A stretch of DNA of 64,000 bases from Felis catus. Lineage: Eukaryota. The notes under the pieces were generated by a model. The model saw only the letters and a list, made by a program, of their open reading frames with translations. It had not been told where the DNA came from and made no database searches. Below, piece after piece: positions 12,731 through 26,250 of this stretch. Location: NCBI RefSeq assembly GCF_018350175.1, contig NC_058383.1:19594001-19658000 (forward strand). Direction: 5' to 3'. How positions within the stretch are numbered: the stretch's first letter is position 1; each line of letters opens with the position of its first letter. The translations under genes were made by a program, and so were the position numbers.

Positions 12731-13653
12731 TCATTCACAGCACTGTTTCTGAACGTACGTTAACCCAAGGATATTTGATCTCTCCGGCCTGCCTCCCTTC
12801 TACCTGCCTGCCTGTCTGCCTCCCTAACCTTCTCTCCACCCACCCATTCACCCACCTACCTACTCATCCATCCTTCTATCCACCTGCCCACCCAGCCATC
12901 CATTCTCCCATCCCTGCCTTCTGGCCACCAATACTGAGCAAGCCCTTGGCTTTGAACTGGGGGTGCCCCGCAGAAATATTCACAAGCGACAATCCTCATG
13001 TGGCCTCTGTTCTAACGGGGAGAGACAGACAAAACGAAGTGATGGGCAAATGAAATGCAAACTGTGCTAAGCGTCACAGAAAACTGATGAGAGGTCAAGG
13101 CATCAACTCAGCCGTAGGGGAAATATTTTAGGCAGAAGACACTGGACGTGCAAAGGCCCTGAGACAGGAAGAATGTGGCCTGCTCCAGGAACACTGAGGT
13201 CAGTGGGGTGGAACAGAGCAAGGAAGCAAAGGCATACAAGGAGGCGGGCCACAGAAGTCACACACCCTGCACGCCGCCTAGGACCGTGCAGGACAGCAAG
13301 GAAGGTAGAATGGGTTCCAGGGGAAACTGGAAGACATCCGAGATTTTCATCAGAGGAGTGGCTTCATTCGATGAACCTTTTCAAAAGATTGCTCTGGCCA
13401 TGACGTAGGGAGGGGGTGGGGTGCAGCAGGGGCCATTTAACCCCTCATGTTTCAAAAGCAGATACTTGTTTTTGGAGGTGGAAATTGAACAGCTACCACG
13501 TCCACTGGGGTGACCATGAGTCCCCTCAGAAACAGATGTGTGTTGAAGGAAGGTTCCCTGGGCGGAGGGAGGGCTTAGGGCCTGTCTCACAAGCGTGGCC
13601 CCCAAGGTCCGGAAGGAGAGCGTAATCGGATGTCTCAACATCACCCAACCCCG

Positions 13654-13686
<33 letters not shown>

Positions 13687-14672
13687 CCTAGTATTCAGAG
13701 CTGGTCAATGGAGAGGAAGTGGTTAAATTTACATTTCAGCCAGAGGCCTACTGGGGAAAAATAATTGAGACAACCCCCTTCAACTCATTTCCTCTTTTTT
13801 ATTTTTATTTCAACAGCTTTATTAAGATACAACTTACCTAGCATCAATTCCAGCCATGGAACGTGCCTCATTCGGTGATTTTTAGGTAAGTGGTACAACC
13901 ATCCCCACGACCCAAGTTTAGAACGTTCCCGACAAAGATCCCTTGTACCCCCTGGCAAGCAATTCCATTCGCCCTCCCGGCCCAACCCATCTATCTCCTT
14001 TCTCTCTTTGCTGATTCCCTTTTCCTTGCTGGGTGTTTCATATACAAACTGAATCGCGCGTGTGTTCCTTCATTTGTGCTGCTGAGTAATATTCCACTGC
14101 AATGATATTATTGTAACGTAATATAATGTAATGATAATGCAGCGATGTACCCAATGGACCTGCCCCCTTTGGCACATCCACTCATCAGCTGGTGGGCATT
14201 TGGAACATGTTCATTTTGTCTTTATCCTAAATAATACTGCTGTGAACATCTCCATGCAAATCTTGGCACAGACATGCATTTTCAAACCTTTTGGGTGCAC
14301 GAGTGCCAGGACTGGATGGCTGGGTCTTAGGGTCACTCTATGTGTCATTCCCTGAAGAGCTAACGGTCTGTTTTCCAAAGCAGCTGCACCATTTTACATT
14401 GTCACCAGCAATGTACGAGAATTTCAGTTTGTCCACATGCTTGGCGACACTCTGATTTTCCCTTTTTTTTTTTTTTTTTTTTTTTTTACCGTGGACATCC
14501 GAGTGGGTATGAGGTAGTATCTCACTGTGGTTTTGCTTTGCATTTCCTTAACAGCTAATGATGGTGAACATCTTTATATGGGCTGGGCACTCATTTGTTT
14601 ATCTCCTTTGGAGAAATGTCTATTCAAGTCCTTTGCCCATTTTTTTTTTTTTTTTTTTTTTACATTGGGTTG

Positions 14673-15042
14673 TGCTATGGACAGAACGCTGTGTCACACA
14701 ACCGGCCCTCCAATCATATGTTGAAATTCTAACCCCCAGTGTGATGGTAACAGGACATGGGGCCTCTGAGAGATGAGGTCTGGTCATTAGACCAGAGCCC
14801 TCATAAATGGTGCCTTTATGAGTATCCTTATAAAAGAGACCCCAGAGACATAACTCACCTTTCCTACCATGCGAGAACACAGTGGTCTCTGACCCAGGAA
14901 GCGGGTCTCACTGGACATCGAGTCTGCTGGAAACTTGATCTTGGACTTCCCAGTCTCCAGAACTGGGTGAAATAAATTTTTGTTGTTTATAAGCCACTTA
15001 ATCAACTATATTTTGTTGTAGCACTCTGAATGGACCAAGACA
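14673..15042 (+). mobile_element. MaLR solo LTR (MLT1A-like)
   Basis: TG...CA termini, 5-bp TSD GGTTG (14668-14672 and 15043-15047), MLT1 motif cttgatcttggacttccc. Confidence 0.9.
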
Positions 15043-16095
15043 GGTTGTCATTTTGTTGTTGAGTTGTAAGAGCTCTTTATATATTGTAGATACTATCAGA
15101 TATATAATTTGCAAATATTTTCTCTCATTCTGTAGTTCCCCTTTTCACTTTCTTGATAATGTCCTTTGATGCACAAAGGTTTTTAATTTTTATGAAGTAC
15201 AATTTTTCTCTTTTTTCCTTTGCTGCTCCTGCTTTGGTGTCATTGTCTAGGATCCATTACCAAATCTAAGATCATGAAGATTTACCCCTATGTCTTCCTC
15301 TAAGAGTTTTATTGTAATAGTTCTTATATTTAGGTCTCTGATCCATTTTATATTATTTTTTGTATATGATGTGTGATAAGGGTCCGACTTAATTATTTTG
15401 TGCGTAGATATCCTGCTGTCCCAGGGTCATTTGCTAAAGACACTGTTCCTTCCCACTGAGTCGTCTTGGCATCTTTGCCGAAAATCACTGGCCATCGATG
15501 CATAGATTTATTTCTGGACTCTCAAGTCAATTCCATTGGTCTCTATTTCTACCCTGAGCCAGTATCACTCTGCCTTGATTACCGTAGATTTGTAGTAAGT
15601 TTTGAAATTGGGAGTTTGAATCCTCCAACTTTCTTGTTCTTTTTAAAGACCGTTTTGGGTGTTCTGGGCCCCTCGCAATTCCATATGAATTTTAGGATCA
15701 ACTTTTCCATTTCTGAGCAAGCAAAAGGCTATTGGGATTTTGATAGGGGTCGCGTTGAATCCATAGGTCGCTTTGAGGAAGACCTGCCACCTTAACAATA
15801 CTAATTCCTCCATTACCTGAACACAGGATATTCTTTCATTTATTTAGATCTTTAATCTCTTTTAGTAATGCTTCGTAGTTTCCACCGTGCACGTCTTTTA
15901 CCTCCTTGGTTAAATCTATTCCCAAGGAGTCTATTCTTTTTAACGTTTGCATCTGGAATTATTTTCTTAATTTCCTTTTCATCTTGTTAGTTCTAGCGTA
16001 GAGAAGCTAATTTTTGTATGTGGATCTCGCACCCTGCCCTTTTGCTGAGTTTATTAGCCTTGATAATTTCTTTGTGAATTCTTCAGTATTTTCTA

Positions 16096-16322
16096 TTTTA
16101 AGTTTGTTTTTATTATTTATTTTGAGAGAGAGAGAGAGAGAGCACACAAGCGGGGGAGTGGCAGAGAGAGAGAGAGAGAGAGAGAGAGTGAGAATTCCAA
16201 GCAGGATCCGCACTGTCAGTGCAGAGCCTAATGTAAGGCTCAAACTCACAAACCGTGAGATCATGACCCGAGCTGAGATCAAGAGTTGGATGCTTAACCG
16301 ACTGCTTCACCCAGGCACCCCC
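16096..16322 (-). mobile_element. Can-SINE
   Basis: TSD agtattttcta; (GA)n. Confidence 0.92.
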
Positions 16323-17066
16323 TTAAGTATTTTCTAGATATGGTATTATGTCATCCGTCAATAGAGGTAGTTTCACCTCTTCCTTTCCAATTTCCTTTTC
16401 TTGCTGACTTGCTCTAAAACTTTCAGTACGATGTTGAACAGCAGTGCTACAAGCGGGCATCCTTGCTCCTGGTGTTGGAAGGAAAGCCTTCGGCTTCGCA
16501 TCCATCGCGTGTGATGCTAGCTGTGGGTTTTTTTATATATATAACAATATCACCACGATCATGTTGAGGGATGTCTCTTCTGTTCCTAGTTGGCGGAGTA
16601 TTTTTAGCACAAAACAAAATGTTCGATTTTGCCAAATGCTTTTTCTGCACCCATTGAGATGATCACACGGGTTTCTTTTCTCCCCCCTTAATTTTATGAG
16701 TGTGGTGTGCTACGTTGATTCATTTTCTCGTGTTGAATCTCACTTGCACACCTGGGATAACTCCTGTTTGGTCATGGTATATAATCCTTTTAACACGCGC
16801 TAGGATTCGGTTTGCTAATGTTTTGTTGAGAATTTTGCACCGTTATTCATAAAAGATATTTGTCCATAGCGTCCTTCCTCCCTCCCTCCCTCCCTTCCTT
16901 CCTTTCCTATTTAAATTAATTTTATTTATTTCACTTTTGGGTATGGTCCATAGTGTTCTTCCTTTTCTTCTGATGTCTGGCTCTGGTATTACAGGATGAT
17001 TGAGGAAATGTTCCTTCCTCTTCTATTTTGGGGAAGAGTTTGAGAAGGATCGGAGTTCATTCTTCT

Positions 17067-17284
17067 TTATTATTTTTTTTTTAATTTTTTTAAGTTTATT
17101 TATCTATTTTGAGAGACACAGAGCACACGAGTGGGAGAGGGGCAGAGAAAGAGGGGGACAGAGGATCCAAAGCTGGCTCCTTGCTGACAGCAGAGAGCCT
17201 GATGCGGGGCTCAAGCCCGCAGACCGTGAGATCACGACCCAAGCCAAAATCAGAGGCTTCACCGACGAGCCACCCAGGTGCCCC
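17067..17284 (-). mobile_element. Can-SINE
   Basis: Head, body and tail recognisable. Confidence 0.9.
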
Positions 17285-17752
17285 TATTCCTCTGTAAATG
17301 TTGGGGAGAACTTACCAGTGAAGGCATGCAACTCTAGATTTTTGTTGTTCTTAGGAGGTTTTTGATTACTGATTCAATTCTCTACTTCTTATATGCCTGT
17401 TTAGATTTTCTATTTCTTCGTGAGTCATTTTTGGTAATTCGTGTCTTTCTAGGTATTTGTCCATTTCATCTCGGTTATCTAATTTGCTGCCTACAATTCT
17501 TCGTAGTATTCTCTTATAATCCTTTTTTTTTTCTGTAAGTTTGGTTAGTAATGTCCCCATTATTTCCATTTTCAATTTTAGTTGCATTTTTCATTTCTTC
17601 TCTCTCTCTCTTGCTCTCGCCCTTGCTCTCTCTCTTTTGGTTTTGCTTAATTCAGTTCAAGGAGTGCCAACTTTTTTTTTTTCAATAAATAATTCTTAGT
17701 TGTGTTGGTCCTCTCTATTGTTTTTCTATTTTTTATTCCATTTGTCTCATCT

Positions 17753-18364
17753 TTAAAATTTTTTTTTCAACGTTTATTTATTTTTGGGACAGAGAGAGAC
17801 AGAGCATGAACGGGGGTGGGGCAGAGAGAGAGGGAGACACAGAATCGGAAACAGGCTCCAGGCTCCGAGCCATCAGCCCAGAGCCCGACGCAGGGCTCGA
17901 ACTCCCGGACCGCGAGATCGTGACCTGGCTGAAGTCGGATGCTTAACCGACTGCGCCACCCAGGCGCCCCTGTATTTTTTTTTTTTTTTTAACAATTATT
18001 TATTATTGAGAGAGATAGAGCATGAGCAGGGGACGGGCAGAGAGAGGAGGAGACACAGAATCCGAAGGAGGCTCCAGGCTCTGAGCTGTCAGCACAGAGC
18101 CTGACACGGGGCTCGAACTCACAAACCGGGAGACCATGACCTGAGCCGAAGTCGGACGCTTAACCGACTGCGCCACCCAGGCGCCCCTAACGTTTATTTG
18201 TTCTTGGGGGGGGGAGGGGCAGAAAGAGAGGGAGACACAGAATCGGAAACAGGCTCCAGGCTCCGAGCCATCAGCCCAGAGCCTGACGCGGGGCTCTCAC
18301 GGACCGCGAGATCGTGACCTGGCTGAAGTCGGACGCTTAACCGACTGCGCCACCCAGGCGCCCC
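17753..18364 (-). mobile_element. Three head-to-tail Can-SINEs (17753-17970, 17975-18187, 18188-18364)
   Basis: Three heads ending ...ccacccaggcgcccc. Confidence 0.93.
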
Positions 18365-18611
18365 TACATTACCTGTGTATTTTACCTTTACTGGTATTCT
18401 TTACTCACTTATATGGCTTCGAGTTACTTTCTAGCTAGCATCCTTCTATTTCGGCCCGAAATACTCCCTTGAGCATTTCTCATAGGGCAGATCTCCCGGT
18501 GATAAACTCCCTCAACTCTTGCTTATCTTGGATTTTTTTTTTTTTTTTTAATGCAGATTCTGTGTGTCTGTTCGTGGGCGGGGGTTGTGGTGAGGTTCTG
18601 CATGTCTTCTC

Positions 18612-18816
18612 TTTTTTTCTTTTTTCTTTTTTTTAATGTTTATTTATTTTTGAGAGAGTGCAAGCAGGGGAGGGGCAGAGAGAGGGGGGCAGAGGATCCA
18701 AAGCAGGTTCTGCCCTGACAGCAGAGAGCTGGATGTGGGGCACGAAGTCACGAACCAGCCGTGAGATCATGCCGTGAGCCAAAGTCGGACACTTGACTGA
18801 GACGCCCAGGTGCCCC
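18612..18816 (-). mobile_element. Can-SINE
   Basis: Head, body and tail recognisable. Confidence 0.88.
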
Positions 18817-18999
18817 CTTCTTTATTTTTTGACCAAAGATGAGCACTCCCCTGGTTGCTGTATGGTTTTGGTCGATTCCAGAGTGTCAAAGAAGTTAATT
18901 CTGACCGTTTCTGCCAGCTTAATGGTTGCTTCAGTGGAAAGACTAATCCTTGGAGCTCCCTACATTCTATAAATTTTCCTGAAGTTCAGTTTACCAATT

Positions 19000-19760
19000 T
19001 GTGTGAGTGTGTGAATTGCATTTTTGGTGCCATGTCTAAGGTAACAAAGGTAACAGATATCTTCTTTTTTAAAATTATTATTCTTTTTTTTTTATTTTAA
19101 GTAGGGACCCCTACCCGACATGAGGCTTGAACTCACAACCCTGAGATCAAGAGTTGTGTGCCCCACCAGCTGAGCCAGCCAGACACCCCAACAAAGACCT
19201 CCTTCATGTTGTCTTCTATAAGTTTTACTGTTTAAGTTCTCATGTTCAGAGCTATGATTCATTTTGAGTTACTTTTTGTGTGTGGTGTGAGATAATGATC
19301 TAAATGTATCTTTTTTGCCTGTGGCTACCCAAGAGTCCCGGCACGATATGTTGAAAAGATTATCCTCTCCCCACTGAATTACCTTGGTGCCTATTTTGAA
19401 AATTAATTCACTCTTACATGTCTGGGTTTATTTCTGGACTCTCTGCTCTGTCTCATTTCTTTATGCCTATCCATATGCCACTACCGCATTGTCTTGATGA
19501 GAGCCTCGTAGTTAAGTTTGGAAATTGGGAAGTGAAAATGGTCCGTCTTTGTCCTGCTTTTCCAGAATGGCTTCGGCTACTCTAGGTCCTTTGCATTTCC
19601 ATAAAAGTTATTAGGATCAGCTTGTTCATTCCTGCAAAATTCCCTGCTGAGAATTTGACAAGGAACGTGATGACGGTAGGTCAGCTTGGGGAGATATTGT
19701 GTCTTCCAGTTCAGGCAGGTGGACTAGCTCTCCATTTACTTAGGTCTTTAAAAATTTTCT
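19000..19760 (-). mobile_element. Old LINE-1 ORF2 fragment containing a short Can-SINE (19065-19189)
   Basis: Antisense L1 ORF2-like sequence. Confidence 0.75.
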
Positions 19761-20276
19761 CTCAGATCCTTCCTTCCTCATCCATTGCCTTTTGTGGCCC
19801 AGCATTGTGGGGCTCCTCTGATGGTTCAGATGGTCTACTGAGGGTCACAGTAGACCCAACGAAGGGCAGGAGGCGTTTCACTGGGAGCTCAGCTCACAAG
19901 AAGCCAACATCCAAGAGGGTCATTATGGGAGGGCTGGGCTGTACACACATGTGGCTGAGATTGGAAACCCCCTTTTCACCCAGTTTATCTTGACACAGTG
20001 GCTTCATTGCGAGAGCAGTGGCTGAATATGAAGGCAAAATGAATACATAGTACCCTCAGTTATCAGCGATGCAGAAGGGATAGGATTATCCTCCTTCAGA
20101 GACTCACCTTGTTTGTATCAGGCTCTGGACCCATAGCTGTGTCATTCAAGAAGATGATAAGAATCTTTTCGGATTTTGTGAATCCATGCCTCAAATTAAG
20201 CTCTCTGGTGGGCTGATCAGACCCCCCCCCCCCCCCCAGCCATTGATGACATTGACTGCTATTTGAGGATGAGGGC

Positions 20277-20660
20277 TGTGTTGGTTGGGGTCCCCAGAAA
20301 CAGTTTCTAATTAAGGCTTTCAGTGCAGGTAGTGGATTTGGGAGGCGGTCCCAGGAACCACTTGTAGGGGAGTCGGGAAGTGAGGCAGGGCAGGGAAGAA
20401 GGACAAATAGAACGTTCCTCCGAAGTGTCCCAGATGTGGAACAAGGAAGCCGGGTTATTTCTTCACAAAGACCCAAGACCCCATCTGCCAGGAGTAGAGG
20501 GTTGCTCCCTGAGGCAGAGTTCTAGCACTTCCAGATGGCTAACCATGTGTACCTGCAGCCAAAAATAAACCCTGAGGCAGAGAGTTGATGGTTTTTGCAG
20601 TAAGAATGCCTCAGTGTGTAGAGCTGAGAGGGTAAGGGTGAGGCTCCGATACCTACTACG
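20277..20660 (-). mobile_element. Ancient ERVL-type LTR (LTR16/LTR33-like)
   Basis: gggtccccagaaacag...gatttgggaggcggtcccaggaacc motif; a related copy lies at 40760-41135. Confidence 0.6.
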
Positions 20661-21322
20661 ATGCAAATGGCAGCAACCAGTTGGCTCCAGTCTCCCACAA
20701 TGCCCTTCTTTCTCCTATGAGAACCAAGGTGTAATTCTGGACAGCAACGTGCCCAGCTAACAGACTACTCCCCAGTCTCTGTTGCAGCTAGCGATGGGAG
20801 TGTTCAGATGGAGCTTCTGAGAGCACCCTTGACCCCTTCTCTCTTTCCCTTCCTCCTTTCTCCTGCTTAAAGGGTAGATGTGATGGCTGGTGCTCAAGCA
20901 GCCATTTTGGAACCAAAGGAAAAGACCAAGAGAATCACAGAGAACTTGGCCCTAATATCACAGGCCGTGCACCAATGTCAGTAGCTACTTGCCTCCAGGC
21001 TTCACATTCCACAGGAGGGTTTATTACCCTTAAGGGTTTCAGCCACCAGAGTTGGCCTTGTGACAGCCTTGAAGGCAACTTCCAACCACACGAGGAGCTT
21101 GAATGACTCTCAAAAAGACAAAGGAGCTTATTTGTATACCCAAACTGGTGAAGCAAGTCATTCCAGGTACGATTAAAACTACCGACAAAGTCTAAATGAA
21201 CCAGGAGAAGAGGGTTGAATTCATAATTTATAAAGCATCTACAAAACGGAATACTCTGCAGATATTAACAATGGATGATTTGTCTATAAACATTGATGAT
21301 AATAATAGAAATGGATATCCCA

Positions 21323-21815
21323 GGGGCACCTGGATGGCGCAGTCGGTTAAGCGTCTGACTTTAGCTCAGGTCATGATCTCACGGCTTACGAGTTCGAACC
21401 CTGCCTTGGGCTCTGTGCTGACAGCTCGGAGGCTGGAGCCTGCTTTGGATTCTGGGTCTCCCTCTCTCTCTGCCCCTCCCCACTCACACTCTGTTTCTGT
21501 CTCTCTCAAAAATAAACATTAAAAAAAATTTTTTTTAAAGAATAGAATAGAATAGAATAGAATAGAATAGAATAGAATAGAATAGGGGTGCCTGGGTTGT
21601 TCAGCCAGCTAAGCGTCTGACTTCAGCTCAGGTCATGATCTCATCTCTTGTGAGCTGCATCGGGCTCTGTGCTGTCAGTGTGGAGCTGGCTTTGGTTCCT
21701 ATCTCCCTCGCTCTCTGCCCCTCCCCAGCTCGTGCTTTCTCTCTGCCTCAAAAATAAATAACCACATCAAAGAAAAATTTTTTAAAAATAATAAAATTAA
21801 ATTAAATTAAATTAA
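21323..21815 (+). mobile_element. Two tandem Can-SINEs (21323-21538, 21585-21790) separated by (AATAG)n at 21541-21584
   Basis: Two heads and a pentanucleotide microsatellite. Confidence 0.9.
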
Positions 21816-22731
21816 ATTAAGTAAGTAAAGCACATTTTCTTGCTACCTGGAGCGTGGGTGTGGTGGTGGGCATCTTGGACAATGTAGACGAAAGCAAAAA
21901 TCCTAGGGAGGGCAGAGCAGCCGGCATGGGTCCCTGGGTGACCTTGTGGAGCACCACTCAGCCTTGGACGCCTACCTCCACACTGTGGCAAGGGGGAGGA
22001 ACCTCTCTTACTTGGGCCACTGTCAGTTTGGGGCTCTGTATATGCAACTGAGCCTACCTTTGAGCTCGTGCTCACAGATACAGATTTAGACACGCACGTG
22101 GATGTAGGCGCAGAGGTGGGTGGAGCCATAGCTATAACCCCGACCGATGGCTAGACGGCTGTCGGGGTCTGTACAGACTGAAGATGAAGAAGGACAAGGC
22201 TGATGCTGGGTAGGCAACTAAAAATCGCTGTCACATCCCGGAAAATAAAGTAAATCACATGCGATCCCTCAGTGCCCGTGAGTGACAACAATTATTTCAG
22301 CGGCCGTCCTAGAAAACCAAATCGAGTACGCTTAGCGAAAATGGGACTGTGCTGCAGAGAAGGAGGAGGTGCCTCAGGATACCGCCGGGGCTCAACAGAG
22401 CTGCCAACTCACCGGCAGTCAGAGCGGGGGGGGGGGGGGGGGGGGGGGGGGCAATTGTTCCCATGGCCTCCCGCCAGAAAAGTCCCAGGGAATTCTTTGA
22501 TTGGCTTGGATTGCCTCACAAGCCAATCTGCGCACCAGTCTGGGGTCAATGGTGGCTCAGCGTGAGTAACCTGGTAATCCCTGGACCAGGGCCCGTGGCC
22601 AGAGGGAGGGGGACTCTGGGTAATTGCCAGCCCATCTCTGCGGCTGTCACAAAAAGAAGGCGGCGAGGCAGTGCGGGGTCATTCTGTGCAACATTCCGTG
22701 CAAAGACAATAGCCACTGTATATACTGATAT

Positions 22732-23093
22732 TGTCGTGACGGACAGAACCGTGTCTCCCTCCCCGCCCCCCCGCCACCCCCCAAACGCATATGTTGAAGT
22801 CCTAACTCCCACTGTGATGCTCTCTGGACACAGGGCCTTCCGGAGGTCAGAGTTAGAGAAGATCGTAAACGTAGAGCTCTGAGCCGACAGGCCTGCGGTC
22901 TTTGAAGAAGGAGAAGAGACACCAGGGTTCTCTCTCTCCACCGGGTGAGGACGCACCAGGAAGGAAGAGGGCCCTCCCCAGAAAATGACCATGGTGACAC
23001 TGTGATCTTAGACTTCCAGCCTCCAGAACCGGGAGGACATCAGTTTCTGTTGTCTCGTATTTTGTTCTGGCAACCTGAGCCGACTGAGACAGA
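22732..23093 (+). mobile_element. MaLR solo LTR (MLT1B/C-like)
   Basis: catatgttgaagtcctaactccc...gacttccagcctccagaac...gactgagaca. Confidence 0.8.
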
Positions 23094-23425
23094 CTTAATC
23101 TGTATTAGTCAGGGCTCTCCAGGGAGACAGAGCCAGCCCTGGTTTCTACAATTATTAGTAACATAGCTAACAAACTTGTTTACAGTTTTAAGGGGCTTAC
23201 CGTGGAGCAGGCCCTGCGTAAAGCTATCCTAACCACGTATTAATATCCACATCTTAGACAGGGGGAAACAGAGGTACCAGAGATTGAGCAACTTGCCCGT
23301 GACCACAGATCATAGGGAGTGGAGTCAGGATTGGAACATGGACAGTCTATCTCCAAGTGGTAACAAGGCTATTTGTAGGTCATGGGGGGTTTTATGGCTA
23401 ATTTTCTTGTACTTTTCTGTATTGA

Positions 23426-23650
23426 TTTTTTTTTAATTTTTTTTTCAACGTTTTTATTTATTTTGGGGACAGAGAGAGACAGAGCATGAACGGGGGAGGG
23501 GCAGAGACAGAGGGAGACACAGAATCGGAAACAGGCTCCAGGCTCTGAGCCGTCAGCCCAGAGCCCGACGCAGGGCTCGAACTCACGGACCGCGAGATCG
23601 TGACCTGGCTGAAGTCGGACGCTTAACCGACTGCGCCACCCAGGCGCCCC
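23426..23650 (-). mobile_element. Young feliform Can-SINE
   Basis: TSD tgtattgatttttt on both sides. Confidence 0.95.
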
Positions 23651-24468
23651 TGTATTGATTTTTTTAAGTGATGTATTACTTCTAGAACAATAATAAAGCT
23701 ATTCAATTTTGGAAATTAAAGGAAGGAAGGTCACAGTGTACCTGCGTGCTGGGGAAAGGGCACAGCAAGAAGGGAAGGCATTAAAAAAATCTATGGAGAT
23801 GTGAGTCAGGGGTCCTTCCAAAACCAATGACCAAGGTTGAGTGCCATGCCCTTTACTTTAGGTCCAGCGGTCAATTTCACAGCTATGAGGATTAGAATCA
23901 CTGAAGCAACATGTGCTTGGGGGCTTTTCCCCAACTTAAGAGTGTCTCATGGCCCAGAGAAACCTGAAGCCCCCTGGGATTGCATTAATAGAGGTATGAA
24001 GCACAGAGTAAGGGAGGTTATCCTCACCACAATGGCCAGACCAGCAGCCTATGTCCAGTTCTGAGCCCTCATTTTAAGAACATTGGTAAATTGGAGTATA
24101 TTTAGGAGAAGGAACCAAGAAGCCGGGGGGTGGGGGGTGGGGGGTGGGGAAAGGGGTGTGGAGAGGGTCTGAAAACCATGAGCGAGCAGAGGTATGGAGC
24201 TTGAAGATGAGACGGTCCAGGGTGGGAGACATGAGAGCTGACCTTCAGGCTCAGACCAGTGCAGTCAGAGTTGCCTCATTGAGGGACAGTGAGCTTCCTG
24301 TCTCTGGTGGTATGCAAACCAAGGCTTGGCCACCTGTTGATGTGGGTATATGGTTGGATTGATTGAGTGTGTGGTTGGACCACAGGGCCATAAAGGCTCC
24401 TTTCACGTTTAGTGTCTACGTGACTCTGATTTCTGGAAAGATGTGGGAGGGTTTACCCTGGAAGGCAA

Positions 24469-24834
24469 GTGCTATGCACCAAATCGTGTTCGTGTCTCCC
24501 CGCAAAATTCCCGCGTTGCAACTCTAACCCGGCTGTCACTGTCTTTGGAGATGGGGCCACCCAGGAAGTCGTGAAGAATCGGATTAGCGTCCCCGTCAGA
24601 AGAGCCACCAGTGAGCTTCTGCCCTCTCTCCACATGCACGGAGGAAATACCACGCGAAGACACAGCAAGCAAGTGGCTGTCTGCACACGAGGGAGCGGGT
24701 TCTCACCAGGAACTGAATCAGCCAGCACTCTCTCTTGGCCTTTCCTGCCTGCGGCACCGCGAGAAAGACGTGTCTGTCGTTAAAGCCACCCTGTCCGTGG
24801 TGTTTTGTTACAGCAGCCCGAGCTGACTAAGACA
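24469..24834 (+). mobile_element. MaLR solo LTR (MLT1A/B-like)
   Basis: tgctatg start; ...ttttgttacagcagcccgagctgactaagaca end. Confidence 0.8.
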
Positions 24835-25949
24835 GAGAGTTACCGCAGCGGGTGCACACATCAGATGCCTCTGCTTAGCCTCCCCCAGGGGATCCTGGGG
24901 CTGAAGCCCCAGCCTCAGGGTGCCAGCCTCCAAGGTCCGGGGTGGGGGGGGGCTGATCAGGGGAGAGGAGGAGTTGCCCATCTCCCCCCGCCCCCCCACC
25001 CCCCCACACACCCAACTTGACGTTTGATTTTTTTTCAGTAGGTAGAACAGATCTTCTCTTTACTGTTGAGAGTCTCAAGTCCAGTGGGGAAGGGACACAC
25101 AGGACTGAAAACAAGGCACTTGGGATAATGGCATGTGGCAAGTGTAAGCGGGCCCTTTAGGAGTTGTTGTGGTTAGTAATGGGCAGCATTGCCTTGTTTT
25201 TGGCTTTTCAGCATTGGAAATGCTAGCATTGTATCCTGGTAATTGTATCCTGATTTTTTTTCTGAGATGCCACCCCTTCTCCTTGCTTAGTTTCTCTCCC
25301 CAGGAGGGCACGTGACCCTGCCCTAAGTCGATTCACTCTCTTCTTCAGGCCATGTTCATTGACCCCATTAGAGTAGGTGACCCAGTCAGAACCAATGAGA
25401 CTCCATGAAACTTTTGATTGGAATGATTGGGGCAAAGACTGGGCTCGGAGCAGACAAGATATGCTATCTGAAGCGACTTTAGATATCTTGTGGCCACAGT
25501 GGGAGAACTTGCCTCAGAACAGAATGGAGTCAACGTACAAGAAGTGACTCATGGCAGGAATTGAATCATCGGGCATTAGGACCCCTTGATCCGGCTGTGC
25601 CTGAAAGCCAGACTTTTTAGTGAAATGAGACAATAAGTTCCCTTTTGGTTTCAGCCAGCTTGGGTCAGTTTTCTTTCACTTGAAACTGAAAAGTTCTTGA
25701 CAGATATATCACTGCGTGCCTACCAGTGTTACACGATGATCTGTACAAAGTGTCATGGGAAAAGAGGGGAGGCAACTAATTATATGCCTGGAGTGGTGTG
25801 GAGGGAGTGTCCAGGGAAGGCTTTGCAGAGGAGGGGTCACTTAAACTGGATTTGGGAGGAAGAAGAGCAAGCAGTTCATCTTGTCAGAACGACAGAAGTG
25901 ACCGTTCCAAAGCTTTTCAAAAACATGGGCGGGGAGACCAAGAAATACA

Positions 25950-26250
25950 CTTATAAATAATCTAAGGGATAACGAGAAAAACCACAGTGGGAAAGTCAGA
26001 AAACATTTTGAACTGAACGACATAGAAAATGCCTATCAAAACTTAACGGGTGCAGCTAAAGTAATACTTAGAGGGAAATTTGTAGCCTTAGAATTTGTAA
26101 ATGAGAAAAGAAGACACACTAAGAATGAATGTTCTGAGCGTCCCTCTCAAGAAGGTAGCAGCAAGATAAACAGAAGAAAGTAAAAGAAGGGAAATCATCG
26201 TGATAGAAAACAGACCGAAAGAGGAAGGAAGCAGAGCCTGGGGAGGATCA
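25950..26250 (+). mobile_element. LINE-1 ORF2 fragment
   Basis: cagctaaagtaatacttagagggaaatttgtagc motif. Confidence 0.75.

Larger units (their letters stand above)
13790..18990 (-). mobile_element. Decayed LINE-1 from 3'UTR (~13790) to a 5'-end-like segment (~18990), with internal deletions and nested MLT1 and SINE insertions
   Basis: Antisense L1 3'UTR and ORF2 segments, an ORF1-like segment (18365-18530) and a 5'-end-like segment (18840-18990). Confidence 0.8.

Noticed and set aside
19770..20250. Unique-looking sequence next to an LTR, possibly an exon
   Set aside because: No ORF or splice support; it may be decayed ERVL internal sequence, which I cannot confirm.
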